From Alphaproteobacteria bacterium (GTDB lineage Bacteria; Pseudomonadota; Alphaproteobacteria; CACIAM-22H2): a stretch of DNA of 27,819 nt. The notes under the pieces are model-generated. The model saw nothing but the letters and a program-made list of their open reading frames with translations. It ran no database searches and was not told the origin of the DNA. Shown here piece after piece: positions 7,298 to 16,048 of the stretch (its first letter is position 1; every line of letters begins with the position of its first letter). The position numbers were made by a program, and so were the translations under genes. Where the stretch lies: the NCBI GenBank assembly GCA_035250945.1, contig DATFES010000426.1:1-27819 (forward strand), in the 5' to 3' direction.

Positions 7298-8065
7298 ATG
7301 TCCAAACCGAAGATCGCCATCGTCGCCGCGGAAACCGAGGCGGCTCAAGTCGCTTTGCGCAGGCTCGAACGACGCTATGGCGCGGCAAGCCCCAAGCGCG
7401 CCGATGTCGTGGTCGCGCTGGGCGGCGACGGATTCATGCTGCAAACGATGCACCGCTTTCTCGAGCACGGCGTGCCGATTTACGGCATGCACCGCGGCAG
7501 CGTCGGCTTCCTGCTCAACGATTACGCGGAGCGCGGGCTGTACCAGCGCATCGCCCGCGCCGAGCACGTGACCCTCCACCCGCTCGCCATGACAGCCACG
7601 ACGGTCAAAGGCAGAAAGTTCGCCGCGCTGGCAATCAACGAAGTCTCCTTGCTTCGCCAGAAGCGCCAAGCCGCCAAGCTGCGAATACTGGTCGACGGCG
7701 TCGAGCGCCTGCCGGAATTGATCTGCGACGGCATCTTGGTGGCCACGCCCGCCGGCAGCACCGCCTATAATCTGTCCGCGCATGGTCCGATCATCCCCCT
7801 GGCCGCCGGACTATTGGCGTTGACGCCGATCAGCGCCTTTCGTCCGCGGCGCTGGCGCGGCGCGCTTCTGCCCCGCAACGCAGCGACGACGATCGAAATC
7901 CTCGAATCGGACAAGCGGCCGGTGAGCGCCACCGCCGATCACACCGAGGTGCGCGACGTGGCGTCGGTTCAGATCCGCGAGGAACCTGACGTATCGATCA
8001 CCATTCTGTTCGACCCCGAGCACAATCTCGAGGAACGCGTACTCAAGGAGCAGTTCGCCCCATAA
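7298..8065 (+). CDS. nadK: NAD kinase
   Basis: GGDGFML signature, [13 protein letters not shown] (NE motif), [21 protein letters not shown]. Confidence 0.95.
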   Translation: MSKPKIAIVAAETEAAQVALRRLERRYGAASPKRADVVVALGGDGFMLQTMHRFLEHGVPIYGMHRGSVGFLLNDYAERGLYQRIARAEHVTLHPLAMTATTVKGRKFAALAINEVSLLRQKRQAAKLRILVDGVERLPELICDGILVATPAGSTAYNLSAHGPIIPLAAGLLALTPISAFRPRRWRGALLPRNAATTIEILESDKRPVSATADHTEVRDVASVQIREEPDVSITILFDPEHNLEERVLKEQFAP

Positions 8066-8098
8066 GGCCTGTCCTTTGGAACGCGGCGAGCGCCGGCC

Positions 8099-8356
8099 TC
8101 ACCCGCCACTCAACGCCTGGACGATCTGCACGCCGTCGCTAGTGGCCAGCACGCGCGTCAAATCCATCACCTGTTCGCCATTCACGAAGACGCGGACATG
8201 CGGTCGGATCTGGCCCTGTTCGTCGATGACGCGGAATCGCAATCCGCGGTACTGACGGTCGAGATCGGCGAATAATTCGCCAAGCGTCGCGCCCGTCGCG
8301 TCGACCTCGCGTCGTTTGGTATAGGAGTACAGCGGGCTGGGAATGAGCACCTTCAT
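8099..8356 (-). CDS. Ubiquitin-like beta-grasp protein (MoaD/ThiS superfamily, CysO/SAMP-like) with C-terminal GG
   Basis: 85 aa. KVLIPSPL, TLGELFADL, RVIDEQGQIRPHVRVFVNG, then C-terminal QALSGG-stop. RBS GAGGA upstream. Confidence 0.88.
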   Translation of the reverse strand: MKVLIPSPLYSYTKRREVDATGATLGELFADLDRQYRGLRFRVIDEQGQIRPHVRVFVNGEQVMDLTRVLATSDGVQIVQALSGG

Positions 8357-8404
8357 CGATTCATCCTCGACGCGATGCCGCCGATCGGGGCGGAGACGGC
8401 GGTC

Positions 8405-9592
8405 TCACCCGATCTCCGCGGTCTCGACGGCATAGATTTCCGGAAGATGCCGCGCGATGCAGGTCCATCGCCTGCCCTCCTCGCGGCTCATCCATAGGTC
8501 GCCGCTGGTCGTTCCGAAGTAGAGGCCGACCGGAGATTGCGCGTCGGCCGTCATCGCCTGGCGCTTCACGGTCCACCATGCTTGCCGCTCGGGAAGGCCG
8601 GAATCGAGACGCTGCCAGGTCCTCCCTCCGTTCCGCGTGACGTAGACGCTTGGAACGCCATCCGGGCTCGTGCGCGGCCAAACCGTCGTGCCATCCATCG
8701 GAAAGACCCACACCGTATCGGCATCGCGCGGGTGCACGACCATCGGAAAGCCGATGTCGCCCACGCGCTTCGGCATTCCCTTGCCGATGCGCAGCCAATT
8801 TTTCGACGGCCGATCCAGCCGGTAAATGCCGCAGTGGTTCTGCTGGTACAGCCGGTCCGGATTGCTCGGACACATCCGGACGCAGTGGGGATCATGAAAA
8901 GCGATATTGGACCGCTCGAAGCCTTCGACCACTTCGAGGCCGTCGACGATCGGCGCGAATGTCCGGCCGCCGTCGATCGTCTCGTGCACGCCGCCGCCCG
9001 ACATGGCGAAATACAGGTGATCGCGGTCGCGCGGGTCGACGATGATCGAGTGAAGCTTGGGCCCGTCGGGCGTTCCGTCCTGAACGGTGCCCATCCATGT
9101 TCGATATTGCGGATCGTCGTTGATGCTGGAAAACGGCTCCCAGGTGATCCCGCCGTCCTCGGAGCGAAAGAGCCCCTGCGGCGAGGTGCCCGCAAGCCAC
9201 ACGTTCGGTTCATCGGGATGGCCGGGCGCCAGCCAGAACGTGTGATCGACGCTGCGACCCTTCTCGCCTTCGGGTGCCTTCCGGAACGCGGGCGGCTGCG
9301 CCGCTTCCTTCCAAGTGCGGCCGAGATCGGTGGAGCGGAAGACGGTCGGTCCGAGATGACCGGTCTTCGCCGCTGCGAGCAGCGTGCGCCGATCGCGCGG
9401 GTCCAGAACCACATGATTGACGATGTGGCCGAGGAAGTGCGGCCCGTCGGCGCGCCAGGTTCGTCGCGTCGCATCGCCGTGAAACAGCCATGCGCCTTTG
9501 CGCGTGGCGACGAGCGCCAATACCCGGCGTGCCCGCGGCGCGCGACGGGCGCGCTTGGTCCGCGGTACCGGTTTCTTCTTGGAACGGGCCAT
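8405..9592 (-). CDS. Cytoplasmic BNR/Asp-box beta-propeller protein (sialidase-like fold, function unknown)
   Basis: Five Asp-box-like motifs: STDLGRTW, SEDGGITW, TIDGGRTF, TRNGGRTW, SREEGRRW. Repeated DPRD turns. No hydrophobic signal peptide. RBS GGGGGAG upstream of ATG 9592. Confidence 0.88.
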   Translation of the reverse strand: MARSKKKPVPRTKRARRAPRARRVLALVATRKGAWLFHGDATRRTWRADGPHFLGHIVNHVVLDPRDRRTLLAAAKTGHLGPTVFRSTDLGRTWKEAAQPPAFRKAPEGEKGRSVDHTFWLAPGHPDEPNVWLAGTSPQGLFRSEDGGITWEPFSSINDDPQYRTWMGTVQDGTPDGPKLHSIIVDPRDRDHLYFAMSGGGVHETIDGGRTFAPIVDGLEVVEGFERSNIAFHDPHCVRMCPSNPDRLYQQNHCGIYRLDRPSKNWLRIGKGMPKRVGDIGFPMVVHPRDADTVWVFPMDGTTVWPRTSPDGVPSVYVTRNGGRTWQRLDSGLPERQAWWTVKRQAMTADAQSPVGLYFGTTSGDLWMSREEGRRWTCIARHLPEIYAVETAEIG

Positions 9593-9725
9593 GAGACAGT
9601 TCTCCCCCGCGATAGACGTTGGCGCGACACAGCGCCGACGGTTTCTCCTCTAAATCGGCAGCGTCGCGATGCCAAGTGAGATTCGTCGGACATTGCGCCG
9701 TGACGCCCCTGCGTCGAGCCGGGGC

Positions 9726-9746
9726 GCGCCGGCTCCCAGCCGGCGC
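9726..9746. repeat. Perfect 9-bp inverted repeat just downstream of the cytochrome c stop
   Basis: GCGCCGGCT-CCC-AGCCGGCGC. No U-tract, so a terminator role is uncertain. Confidence 0.35.
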
Positions 9747-9764
9747 CAAACGGCCTCGTGGCGT

Positions 9765-10274
9765 TTAGTCCGGCAACACGACCGTGAAATAAGGCGCAGT
9801 CGGCTTCTCGGTATCGCCGATCATCTTCGGCGCTTGGTGGCGAACCGGTTTCAGGCTCTTGAGATATGAGGCAAGCGCGCGGGCGTCCGCATCGGTCAAC
9901 CTGCCGTAACTGTGGTAAGGCATGACCGGCGCCAGCACGCGCCCATCGGGCCGCTCGCCGGTGCGTACCGCCTTTATAATGTCGGCCTCGCTCCACTTGC
10001 CCAAGCCGGTTTCGGCGTCGGAGGTGAGATTGGGCGGATAAAAGATGCCGAGCCCGGGAATCTTAAACCCAACCTCGGAGCCGGCAAGATGCCGAGTTGG
10101 ATCAGGCTTGCCGACGAGCGCTCCCGTGGTGTGGCACCCGGCGCAGTCCATGATCGCCGCCAGATACTCGCCGCGTTTGACTCGCTCTTGAGAAAGCGCA
10201 GGCATCGTCCAGGCGTAAACCGCCGCCAGTATGCCGAGCGCTGCGCCATGGACCTTGTTCGTGGGCATGTGCAT
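9765..10274 (-). CDS. Periplasmic monoheme c-type cytochrome (single domain of the gluconate/alcohol dehydrogenase cytochrome-subunit type)
   Basis: Sec signal ending ALS-QE, RGEYLA..DCAGCHT (CxxCH), YPPNLTSD.ETGLGKWS, and likely distal Met in PVMPY. Start is 10274 or 10268. Confidence 0.9.
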   Translation of the reverse strand: MHMPTNKVHGAALGILAAVYAWTMPALSQERVKRGEYLAAIMDCAGCHTTGALVGKPDPTRHLAGSEVGFKIPGLGIFYPPNLTSDAETGLGKWSEADIIKAVRTGERPDGRVLAPVMPYHSYGRLTDADARALASYLKSLKPVRHQAPKMIGDTEKPTAPYFTVVLPD

Positions 10275-10391
10275 TGTATCTAACCCCCGCTTGTTTCCGC
10301 GATGACTGGATAAATTCTGCGATCACTCAGGTCGCTCGAAGCGCCGTACTTTGTGCCGCCGCGGCGCGTCCGCCCGCCTGTCCGCTTGCGT

Positions 10392-12131
10392 TCATTTTCC
10401 CAGATCCGCCGCGAGTTGGGCGAGCGCGGCGTCCCAGCTTCCCGATGCCGCTTGCCGGTACAGTCGAGACCGCGGATACCATGGCGAGATCGATCCCTCG
10501 GCCATCAATCGCCATTCCGGCGGGTGCGGCACCAGCACGCGCGTCGCGCGGCCGCACGCCGTACGCAGGTGAACGTTGGTGTTGCTGACGGCGACGTATT
10601 CGTCGATGAGCGACACCAGCGCCAGCATGTCTTCGAGATCGTCGTTGACGTCGCTGAAATTGGCGACCGGCCGGCCGAATGCGGTGATGAAGGCTGCCGT
10701 TTCGTCGGCCGTCGGATTGCGTTGCAGCGAGATCGCAGATCCCGCCTTGCCGGCGAGGGCGCGCGCCAAAATCGACGCCGGGATCTCCTTGGTGAAACGT
10801 CCGCCGACGACCACGCCCGCGCGCCAGGTGACGCCGAGATAAGGAGCGGGCCCGGCCGCCGCGAGGCGCGCGCGCATCGCCTCGACCCGGCGCGGCTCGG
10901 CCGGGATGGCGAGCGGGGGAGGACAATCGCTCACCACGGAATGGGTCAGCGCCACCGGAAGGTCGGCGATCAGGAGATCGATGTCGGCGCGGCCGGCCTC
11001 TTGCGGCGTGGTCACGACGCGCTCCGCGATCCCTGTCCGCCCGATCATGCCGACAAGCCGATGATCGACCTCGACGACAAGATGGGCGCCGCGCCTTGCC
11101 AGCTCCGGAGCAAACGCCAGGAAGAAGATTTCGTCGCCGACGCCCTGTTCGCGGCGCAGCAGGATCGTCTTTCCGGATAGATCGGCCGGCAGAGGACCCT
11201 CGGGACGCAATGGCGGCGGCCGACTCAGGTCGCGCGCCTGGTGATCGCGCCAGCCGCCGGCGAAGTCGCCAAGCGTCAGCCGCGCCAGACCGCGATTCTT
11301 GCGCGCGTCACGAAGCTCGGGCTTAAGCTCGATGGCACGGCTATAGGCGGCAACCGCATCGGCGAACAGGCCCTGTTCCTTGAGACAATTTCCGGTATTG
11401 AGCCACGCCTCGGCGAAGCCCGGCGCAAGTCGCAGCACGCGGACCAGATACTTGAGTCCCTCGTCGGCCTGGCCGCGGCGCTCGAGCAGCGCGCCCAGAT
11501 TGTTGAGCGCCTGCACGTGATCGGACTTGCGGGCGAGCGCCGCGCGATACTCCGCCTCCGCGGCCGCGAAATCGCCCTTACCTTCGAGCACCACCGCCAG
11601 ATTGTAGTGAGCTTCCGCGTGCTCGGGCGCGAGCGTCACCGCGCGCGTCAACGCCGACTGCGCCTCGTCGAGACGGCCGGCGCGTTGCAACGCGGCGCCG
11701 AGGTTGACGAAGCCGAGCGCCGACTGAGGATCGAGAATCGTCGCGCGCTGGAACGCGGCAAGGGCCTCGCCGGTGTCGCCGGTCATCTGCAGCGCATAGC
11801 CAAGGCCGAACTCGGCGGCCGGATTGCGCGACGCGATCTTGAGCGAGCGGCGGTACGCCTCGATCGCCTCGGCGAATTGCTCGTTCGCCGACAAGGCCTC
11901 GGCGTGCGTGAACTGGAATTGTGCATTGCGCGGCTCGAGCTGTACGGCGAGGGCGGCGCGATGAAGCGCCCGCGGAAACTCGCCCTTCTTCAACGCGACG
12001 ACGGCTGCGAGCCCGAGCGCGCCGGCGTGCATCGGGCGAAGGCTCAGCGCCTTTTCGCAGGCGCGCTCCGCCTGATCCAGCTCGCCACGCTGCAAATGCT
12101 CCACCGCCGCGCGTAAGGGATCGCCGCTCAA
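10392..12131 (-). CDS. TPR-repeat protein with C-terminal GT-B glycosyltransferase domain (FlmG-like architecture)
   Basis: Roughly 8-9 TPRs (e.g. AEAHYNLAVVL, QALNNLGALL, AEAWLNTGNCL), then REQGVGDEIFF, LGVTWR, DDLEDMLALV..IDEYVAVSNTNVHL and SPWYP. Proposed TTG start at 12131 with RBS GGGAGA, overlapping the abrB-like stop (TTGA). Confidence 0.85.
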   Translation of the reverse strand: MSGDPLRAAVEHLQRGELDQAERACEKALSLRPMHAGALGLAAVVALKKGEFPRALHRAALAVQLEPRNAQFQFTHAEALSANEQFAEAIEAYRRSLKIASRNPAAEFGLGYALQMTGDTGEALAAFQRATILDPQSALGFVNLGAALQRAGRLDEAQSALTRAVTLAPEHAEAHYNLAVVLEGKGDFAAAEAEYRAALARKSDHVQALNNLGALLERRGQADEGLKYLVRVLRLAPGFAEAWLNTGNCLKEQGLFADAVAAYSRAIELKPELRDARKNRGLARLTLGDFAGGWRDHQARDLSRPPPLRPEGPLPADLSGKTILLRREQGVGDEIFFLAFAPELARRGAHLVVEVDHRLVGMIGRTGIAERVVTTPQEAGRADIDLLIADLPVALTHSVVSDCPPPLAIPAEPRRVEAMRARLAAAGPAPYLGVTWRAGVVVGGRFTKEIPASILARALAGKAGSAISLQRNPTADETAAFITAFGRPVANFSDVNDDLEDMLALVSLIDEYVAVSNTNVHLRTACGRATRVLVPHPPEWRLMAEGSISPWYPRSRLYRQAASGSWDAALAQLAADLGK

Positions 12132-13225
12132 CGCCCGTCTCCCTGACCGGCCCGCCGCATCAGGCGGAAAGCGACCGGCGCGAGAATCACCACCATGACA
12201 ATTCGCGCGATATGGTGGCTGGCGACAAACGCGGCGTCGACATCGAGCGCCAGCGCGACCAAGCTCATTTCGGCGAGTCCGCCCGGCGCAAAGGCGAGGA
12301 TCAGGGCCGGCAACGGGTAGCCGGTTATGTGCGACAGCGCCGACGCGAAAAGTATCGTCATCGCCAACATCGCGATCGCCGCGACGATCGAATGGCGCAC
12401 CGCATGGCCGATCATGGCAAGCGAGACGCCGACGAAACGGCAGCCCAGCGTGGCGCCAATGACGACCTGCGCCGCCGAGACGATGGCGTACGGCGGCTTC
12501 GAATCGGTCACGCCCGCCAGATGCACCGCAGCGCTCAATATCATCGGTCCGACCAGGTATGCCGCCGGAACGCGCAGCCGCTCGAAACCGAGCGCGCCGA
12601 CAACGGCACAAAGGGTGAGCGCCACCACGTCGATCGGCGCCACATCGAGCAAGCCGACGCGCGCGGCCTGCGCCGCCGGCGCGATATCGTGTGTCAGGCG
12701 ATACCAGATCGGGATCGTGAATACCACTAACATGACCCGCGACGCGTGGGTGAGCGAGATCACGCGCTCGTCGCCGCCGAGCAGGCCGCCGACCACCACC
12801 ATCTCGTTAAGGCCGCCGGGTGTCGAGCTGAAATACGCCGTGACGGGATCGTATTTGGCGACGCGGCGAAAATAGAGCAATCCGAGCCCGCCGGCGAGGA
12901 TGGACCATATGGCGAGCGCCGAAACCGTAATGACCCATTCCCCCATCCGCGCGATGACCTCGGGGGTGAATGCGCTGCCCAGCATGACGCCAAGCACGGT
13001 GATCATCACCGCCCTGGGTTGCCGCGGCATCCTGAGCTTGAGGCCGCCGACGGCGCCGATGGTGACAAACGCCATCGCCCCCAACATCCACGGCAGCGGC
13101 AACGTCAGCCGCTCAAAGACGAACCCGCCCAACCCACCGATCGCCAGCGCCAGCAGTATCGGCGGCAGCCAGCGCCAGATGCTGGGAGGCGGCATCTTCG
13201 CCGGGGCGCTATCGTCGCGCGCCAT
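12128..13225 (-). CDS. AbrB-family duplicated membrane protein (putative transporter; often annotated 'putative ammonia monooxygenase')
   Basis: About 10 hydrophobic segments. Internal duplication PLPWMLGAM / PAAYLVGPM and STPGGLNEM / FAPGGLAEM. Confidence 0.85.
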   Translation of the reverse strand: MARDDSAPAKMPPPSIWRWLPPILLALAIGGLGGFVFERLTLPLPWMLGAMAFVTIGAVGGLKLRMPRQPRAVMITVLGVMLGSAFTPEVIARMGEWVITVSALAIWSILAGGLGLLYFRRVAKYDPVTAYFSSTPGGLNEMVVVGGLLGGDERVISLTHASRVMLVVFTIPIWYRLTHDIAPAAQAARVGLLDVAPIDVVALTLCAVVGALGFERLRVPAAYLVGPMILSAAVHLAGVTDSKPPYAIVSAAQVVIGATLGCRFVGVSLAMIGHAVRHSIVAAIAMLAMTILFASALSHITGYPLPALILAFAPGGLAEMSLVALALDVDAAFVASHHIARIVMVVILAPVAFRLMRRAGQGDGR

Positions 13226-13256
13226 GGCTAGGGTCCGGATCCGGCGAAGACTTGAG

Positions 13257-14210
13257 CTACTGCACGAAGCGGCCGAGGCGCACGGCGGTCTGACCGCGCG
13301 ACAATCGGCGCGAAGGCATGATCAGCACGCATTCGTCGTACGGCGTGCGCACCGGCGCGCCGCCGTCGCGCCCGATCACGGTGCCAGCCTTGGCGATCAC
13401 CTCCAGACCGCGATACTCGCTGGCGAAATCGAATTCGTCGGAGCGGATGGTAATCGCCTCGGTCACCTCGATCAGCCGCTGCGCGTCGGGCTTCGGCAAC
13501 CGCGCATACCGGCGCGCGGACGCCTCGTCGATCGCGCCGGTGCGCGCCAGGAAGCGGACCATCGTATCGATGGCCACGTCGGCGCTCGAGCGTTCCCAAT
13601 GCTGGCCGCATTCGACGAGCAACGCGTTCTTGGCGCTCGCCGGCTCGCCGAAGTCGCCATAATCGCGCATGCGCCGACCCGCCACATGACCCTCGTCGGA
13701 AACGATCGTCTTGGGCGCGCCGACTTCGCGCGCGAAGCGCCTCCCCTTGGCGAGCGGCCCGCACATCATGAGCGGCTCGGTCGCCTGCTGCATCGAGTGA
13801 ATATCGAGCAGGAAATCGGCTTGGTCGATGATCGGCCGCAGCTCGCGGGCGCGGCGAATCTCGGCGCTCGATCGCGCCCCGTCAAGTACCTCGGGCGACC
13901 AGACGCGGTTAAAGTCCTCGTCGACGAAACGCGACGCCGTCGGTCGGGCCGGATCGAAACTGTTAAACGCGGCGACATTGCAAAACGCCAGGGTCAATTT
14001 CCCCTGCAGCGGTCGTATGTTCTCCCTGAACGCCCAATCGAGGGCGATCGCCCCGCAAAGCTCATTACCATGGACGACTGCGGTGACCACGACATGCGGT
14101 CCGGATCTGCCGCCATCCAATGTCGTCACGTATTCGACGCCGGTATTGCCGGCCCGATACCCGGCGATGTCGGGCGCCGTTAGTTGCACGGGATGATCGT
14201 CGTCGGCCAC
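13257..14210 (-). CDS. M14-like succinylglutamate desuccinylase/aspartoacylase-family hydrolase
   Basis: VHGNELCG (HxxE), RFVDEDFNRVW, LLDIHS, LLVECGQHW, and a C-terminal barrel-sandwich region. Confidence 0.88.
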   Translation of the reverse strand: MADDDHPVQLTAPDIAGYRAGNTGVEYVTTLDGGRSGPHVVVTAVVHGNELCGAIALDWAFRENIRPLQGKLTLAFCNVAAFNSFDPARPTASRFVDEDFNRVWSPEVLDGARSSAEIRRARELRPIIDQADFLLDIHSMQQATEPLMMCGPLAKGRRFAREVGAPKTIVSDEGHVAGRRMRDYGDFGEPASAKNALLVECGQHWERSSADVAIDTMVRFLARTGAIDEASARRYARLPKPDAQRLIEVTEAITIRSDEFDFASEYRGLEVIAKAGTVIGRDGGAPVRTPYDECVLIMPSRRLSRGQTAVRLGRFVQ

Positions 14211-14243
14211 CGGGCTCCCCTCCTCGTTCGCGTGCCTTATCGC

Positions 14244-14882
14244 CTAGACGGCGGCGACGGGCAAGCCCAGCCCGGCAAGCATGCTACGCAACTCCCCAGG
14301 CGACCGGAACTGGATCGCCGACAGTCCGGCGGCGGCGGCGCCCGCGACGTTCTTGGGCGAATCGTCGATGAACACGCTCGCCGCCGCGTCGATGCCGGTC
14401 TTGGCGAGCAGGTGATCGAAGATCCGCCGATCCGGCTTGATGAGGCCGATCCGGCCGGATACGACAATATCGCGAAAGCTGCCGAGAAACGGGAAGCGGC
14501 GCAATGCGTGCGGAAAAGTCTCGGCCGACCAATTGGTGAGCGCATAGAGCGGCACTCCCGCCGCCGCCAGGTCCTCAAGCACGGCGACGGTCCCGACGAT
14601 GGCGCCGCCGAGCATACGATCGAACCCGGCGTAGTACGCGCGGATCAATCTCTCCTGCTCCGGAAACCGGCCGACCAACTCCGCTTCCGCCTCGGCGATC
14701 GTGCGGGCGGCGTCCTGGCGCTCGTTCCATGCCGGCGAGCAGACCCCGGCGAGAAACGCCTCCATCGCCGCCTCGTCGCCGACAAACAGATCGCGAAAGA
14801 GGTATCGCGGATTCCAGTCGATCAGCACCCCGCCGAGATCGAAGATGACGTTGCGCGGTGCCCGGTTTGCTCGACCGCTCAT
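14244..14882 (-). CDS. HAD-superfamily hydrolase/phosphatase
   Basis: Motif I VIFDLGGVL, motif II ALTN, motif III IKPD, motif IV FIDDSPKN. ATG 14882 overlaps the argE stop (ATGA). Confidence 0.9.
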   Translation of the reverse strand: MSGRANRAPRNVIFDLGGVLIDWNPRYLFRDLFVGDEAAMEAFLAGVCSPAWNERQDAARTIAEAEAELVGRFPEQERLIRAYYAGFDRMLGGAIVGTVAVLEDLAAAGVPLYALTNWSAETFPHALRRFPFLGSFRDIVVSGRIGLIKPDRRIFDHLLAKTGIDAAASVFIDDSPKNVAGAAAAGLSAIQFRSPGELRSMLAGLGLPVAAV

Positions 14883-16048
14883 GCGCGCGACGCCGCCCGA
14901 AGTACGAGCCGGCGGATAAATTCCTCGCACAGCGCGATCTGCTCCAATGCCACGAACTCGTCGGGCTTGTGCGCCTGGTCGATGCTGCCCGGTCCGCAAA
15001 CGATCGTCGGGATTCCCGATCCCTGATAGAGCCCCGCCTCGGTTCCGAAGGCCACCTTTCCGGTCGAGTTGCCGCCCGAGGCGGATTTGACGATCTGGGT
15101 GATCTCAGCGTTCTCGTCGGTCGACAGCCCGGGGAAACGCGACAATTCGCGCCAGGTTACGCCGCTCGCCGGCGCCACTCGCCGCATCTCCGGCGTCAGC
15201 GTGGTGTCGACGAAGTCACGAAGCCGCCCAAAGATCGAATGCGGATCGTCGGCCGGAAGATGACGAATCTCGAAATCGAACCAACAATCCTTGGGCACGA
15301 TGTTGAGCGCCGTTCCGCCGCGGATCACGCCCGTGTGGACGGTCGTATAGGGAACGTCGAACTCCCGGTCATAGGGTCCCGCGTCGCGAAATCGCCGGCC
15401 GATCCGATTGAGCTCGGCGATGATATCGGCGGCGTATTGGATCGCGTTCACGCCCCGCGGGGCGAGCGCGGAATGGCACTCGAAACCGTGCACCTCGCAA
15501 CGCAGGCTGAGCTTGCCCTTGTGGGCGCGGATCGGCCGCATCTCCGTCGGTTCGCCGACCACACAGCCGATCGGGCGAATTCCGCGCCGCACCAACTCCG
15601 ACAGCATCCCGCGTACGCCGAGGCAGCCGACCTCCTCATCGTAAGAGAACGCGAGATGGACCGGCGTGCGGGGCTTGCGCTCGAGAAGCTCGGGAGAAAG
15701 GGCGAGCGCGACGGCGATGAAGCTTTTCATGTCGCATGTGCCGCGTCCATAAAGCCTTCCATTGCGCTCCACGACAGCGAACGGATCGCTCGACCAATCT
15801 TGTCCATCCACCGGCACGACGTCGGTGTGGCCCGACAAGATAATCCCGCCGTCCCCGGACGGACCGAGCGTCGCAAACAGGTTCGCCTTTGTGCCGCTTT
15901 CGTCGAAGAACAGCTCCGATGCGACGCCCAGGTCGGCGAGATAGTCGCGCACGAACTCGATCAGCGCCAGATTCGAATCGCGGCTGGTCGTGTCGAAGGC
16001 AATCAGCCGCCTGATCATGTCAAGAGATGCGGCGCTCGGTCGTCGCAT
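14879..16048 (-). CDS. argE: Acetylornithine deacetylase (M20A family)
   Basis: LSGHTDVVP, GRGTCDMK, SYDEEVGC, VVGEP, GTEAG, GPGSIDQAHKPDEF. Confidence 0.88.
   Translation of the reverse strand: MRRPSAASLDMIRRLIAFDTTSRDSNLALIEFVRDYLADLGVASELFFDESGTKANLFATLGPSGDGGIILSGHTDVVPVDGQDWSSDPFAVVERNGRLYGRGTCDMKSFIAVALALSPELLERKPRTPVHLAFSYDEEVGCLGVRGMLSELVRRGIRPIGCVVGEPTEMRPIRAHKGKLSLRCEVHGFECHSALAPRGVNAIQYAADIIAELNRIGRRFRDAGPYDREFDVPYTTVHTGVIRGGTALNIVPKDCWFDFEIRHLPADDPHSIFGRLRDFVDTTLTPEMRRVAPASGVTWRELSRFPGLSTDENAEITQIVKSASGGNSTGKVAFGTEAGLYQGSGIPTIVCGPGSIDQAHKPDEFVALEQIALCEEFIRRLVLRAASRA

Noticed and set aside
8353-8364. Mini-ORF ATG-AAT-CGA-TGA overlapping the Ubl start
   Set aside because: Three codons is consistent with chance. 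The GAGGA RBS can serve the Ubl ATG, and there is no further evidence.
8099-9592. Bil/Bub-type antiphage ubiquitination system
   Set aside because: No E1, E2 or JAB/DUB gene is adjacent and there is no defence-island context. Kept only as an unassigned Ubl module.
8537-9996. Long overlapping alternative ORFs (380 aa plus strand, 476 aa minus strand) over the propeller gene
   Set aside because: Arg/Pro/Ala-rich with no domain signal, typical of off-frame ORFs in GC-rich genomes. The same applies to the many other shadow ORFs across the window.
12132-12611. N-terminal extension of the TPR glycosyltransferase (739-aa ORF)
   Set aside because: It overlaps the AbrB gene out of frame and is low-complexity Arg/Gly/Ala. 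TTG 12131 with a GGGAGA RBS and a 4-nt overlap is a better start.
12128-13225. Ammonia monooxygenase
   Set aside because: This is a legacy annotation of the AbrB family. There are no amoB/amoC genes and no AmoA-like motifs.
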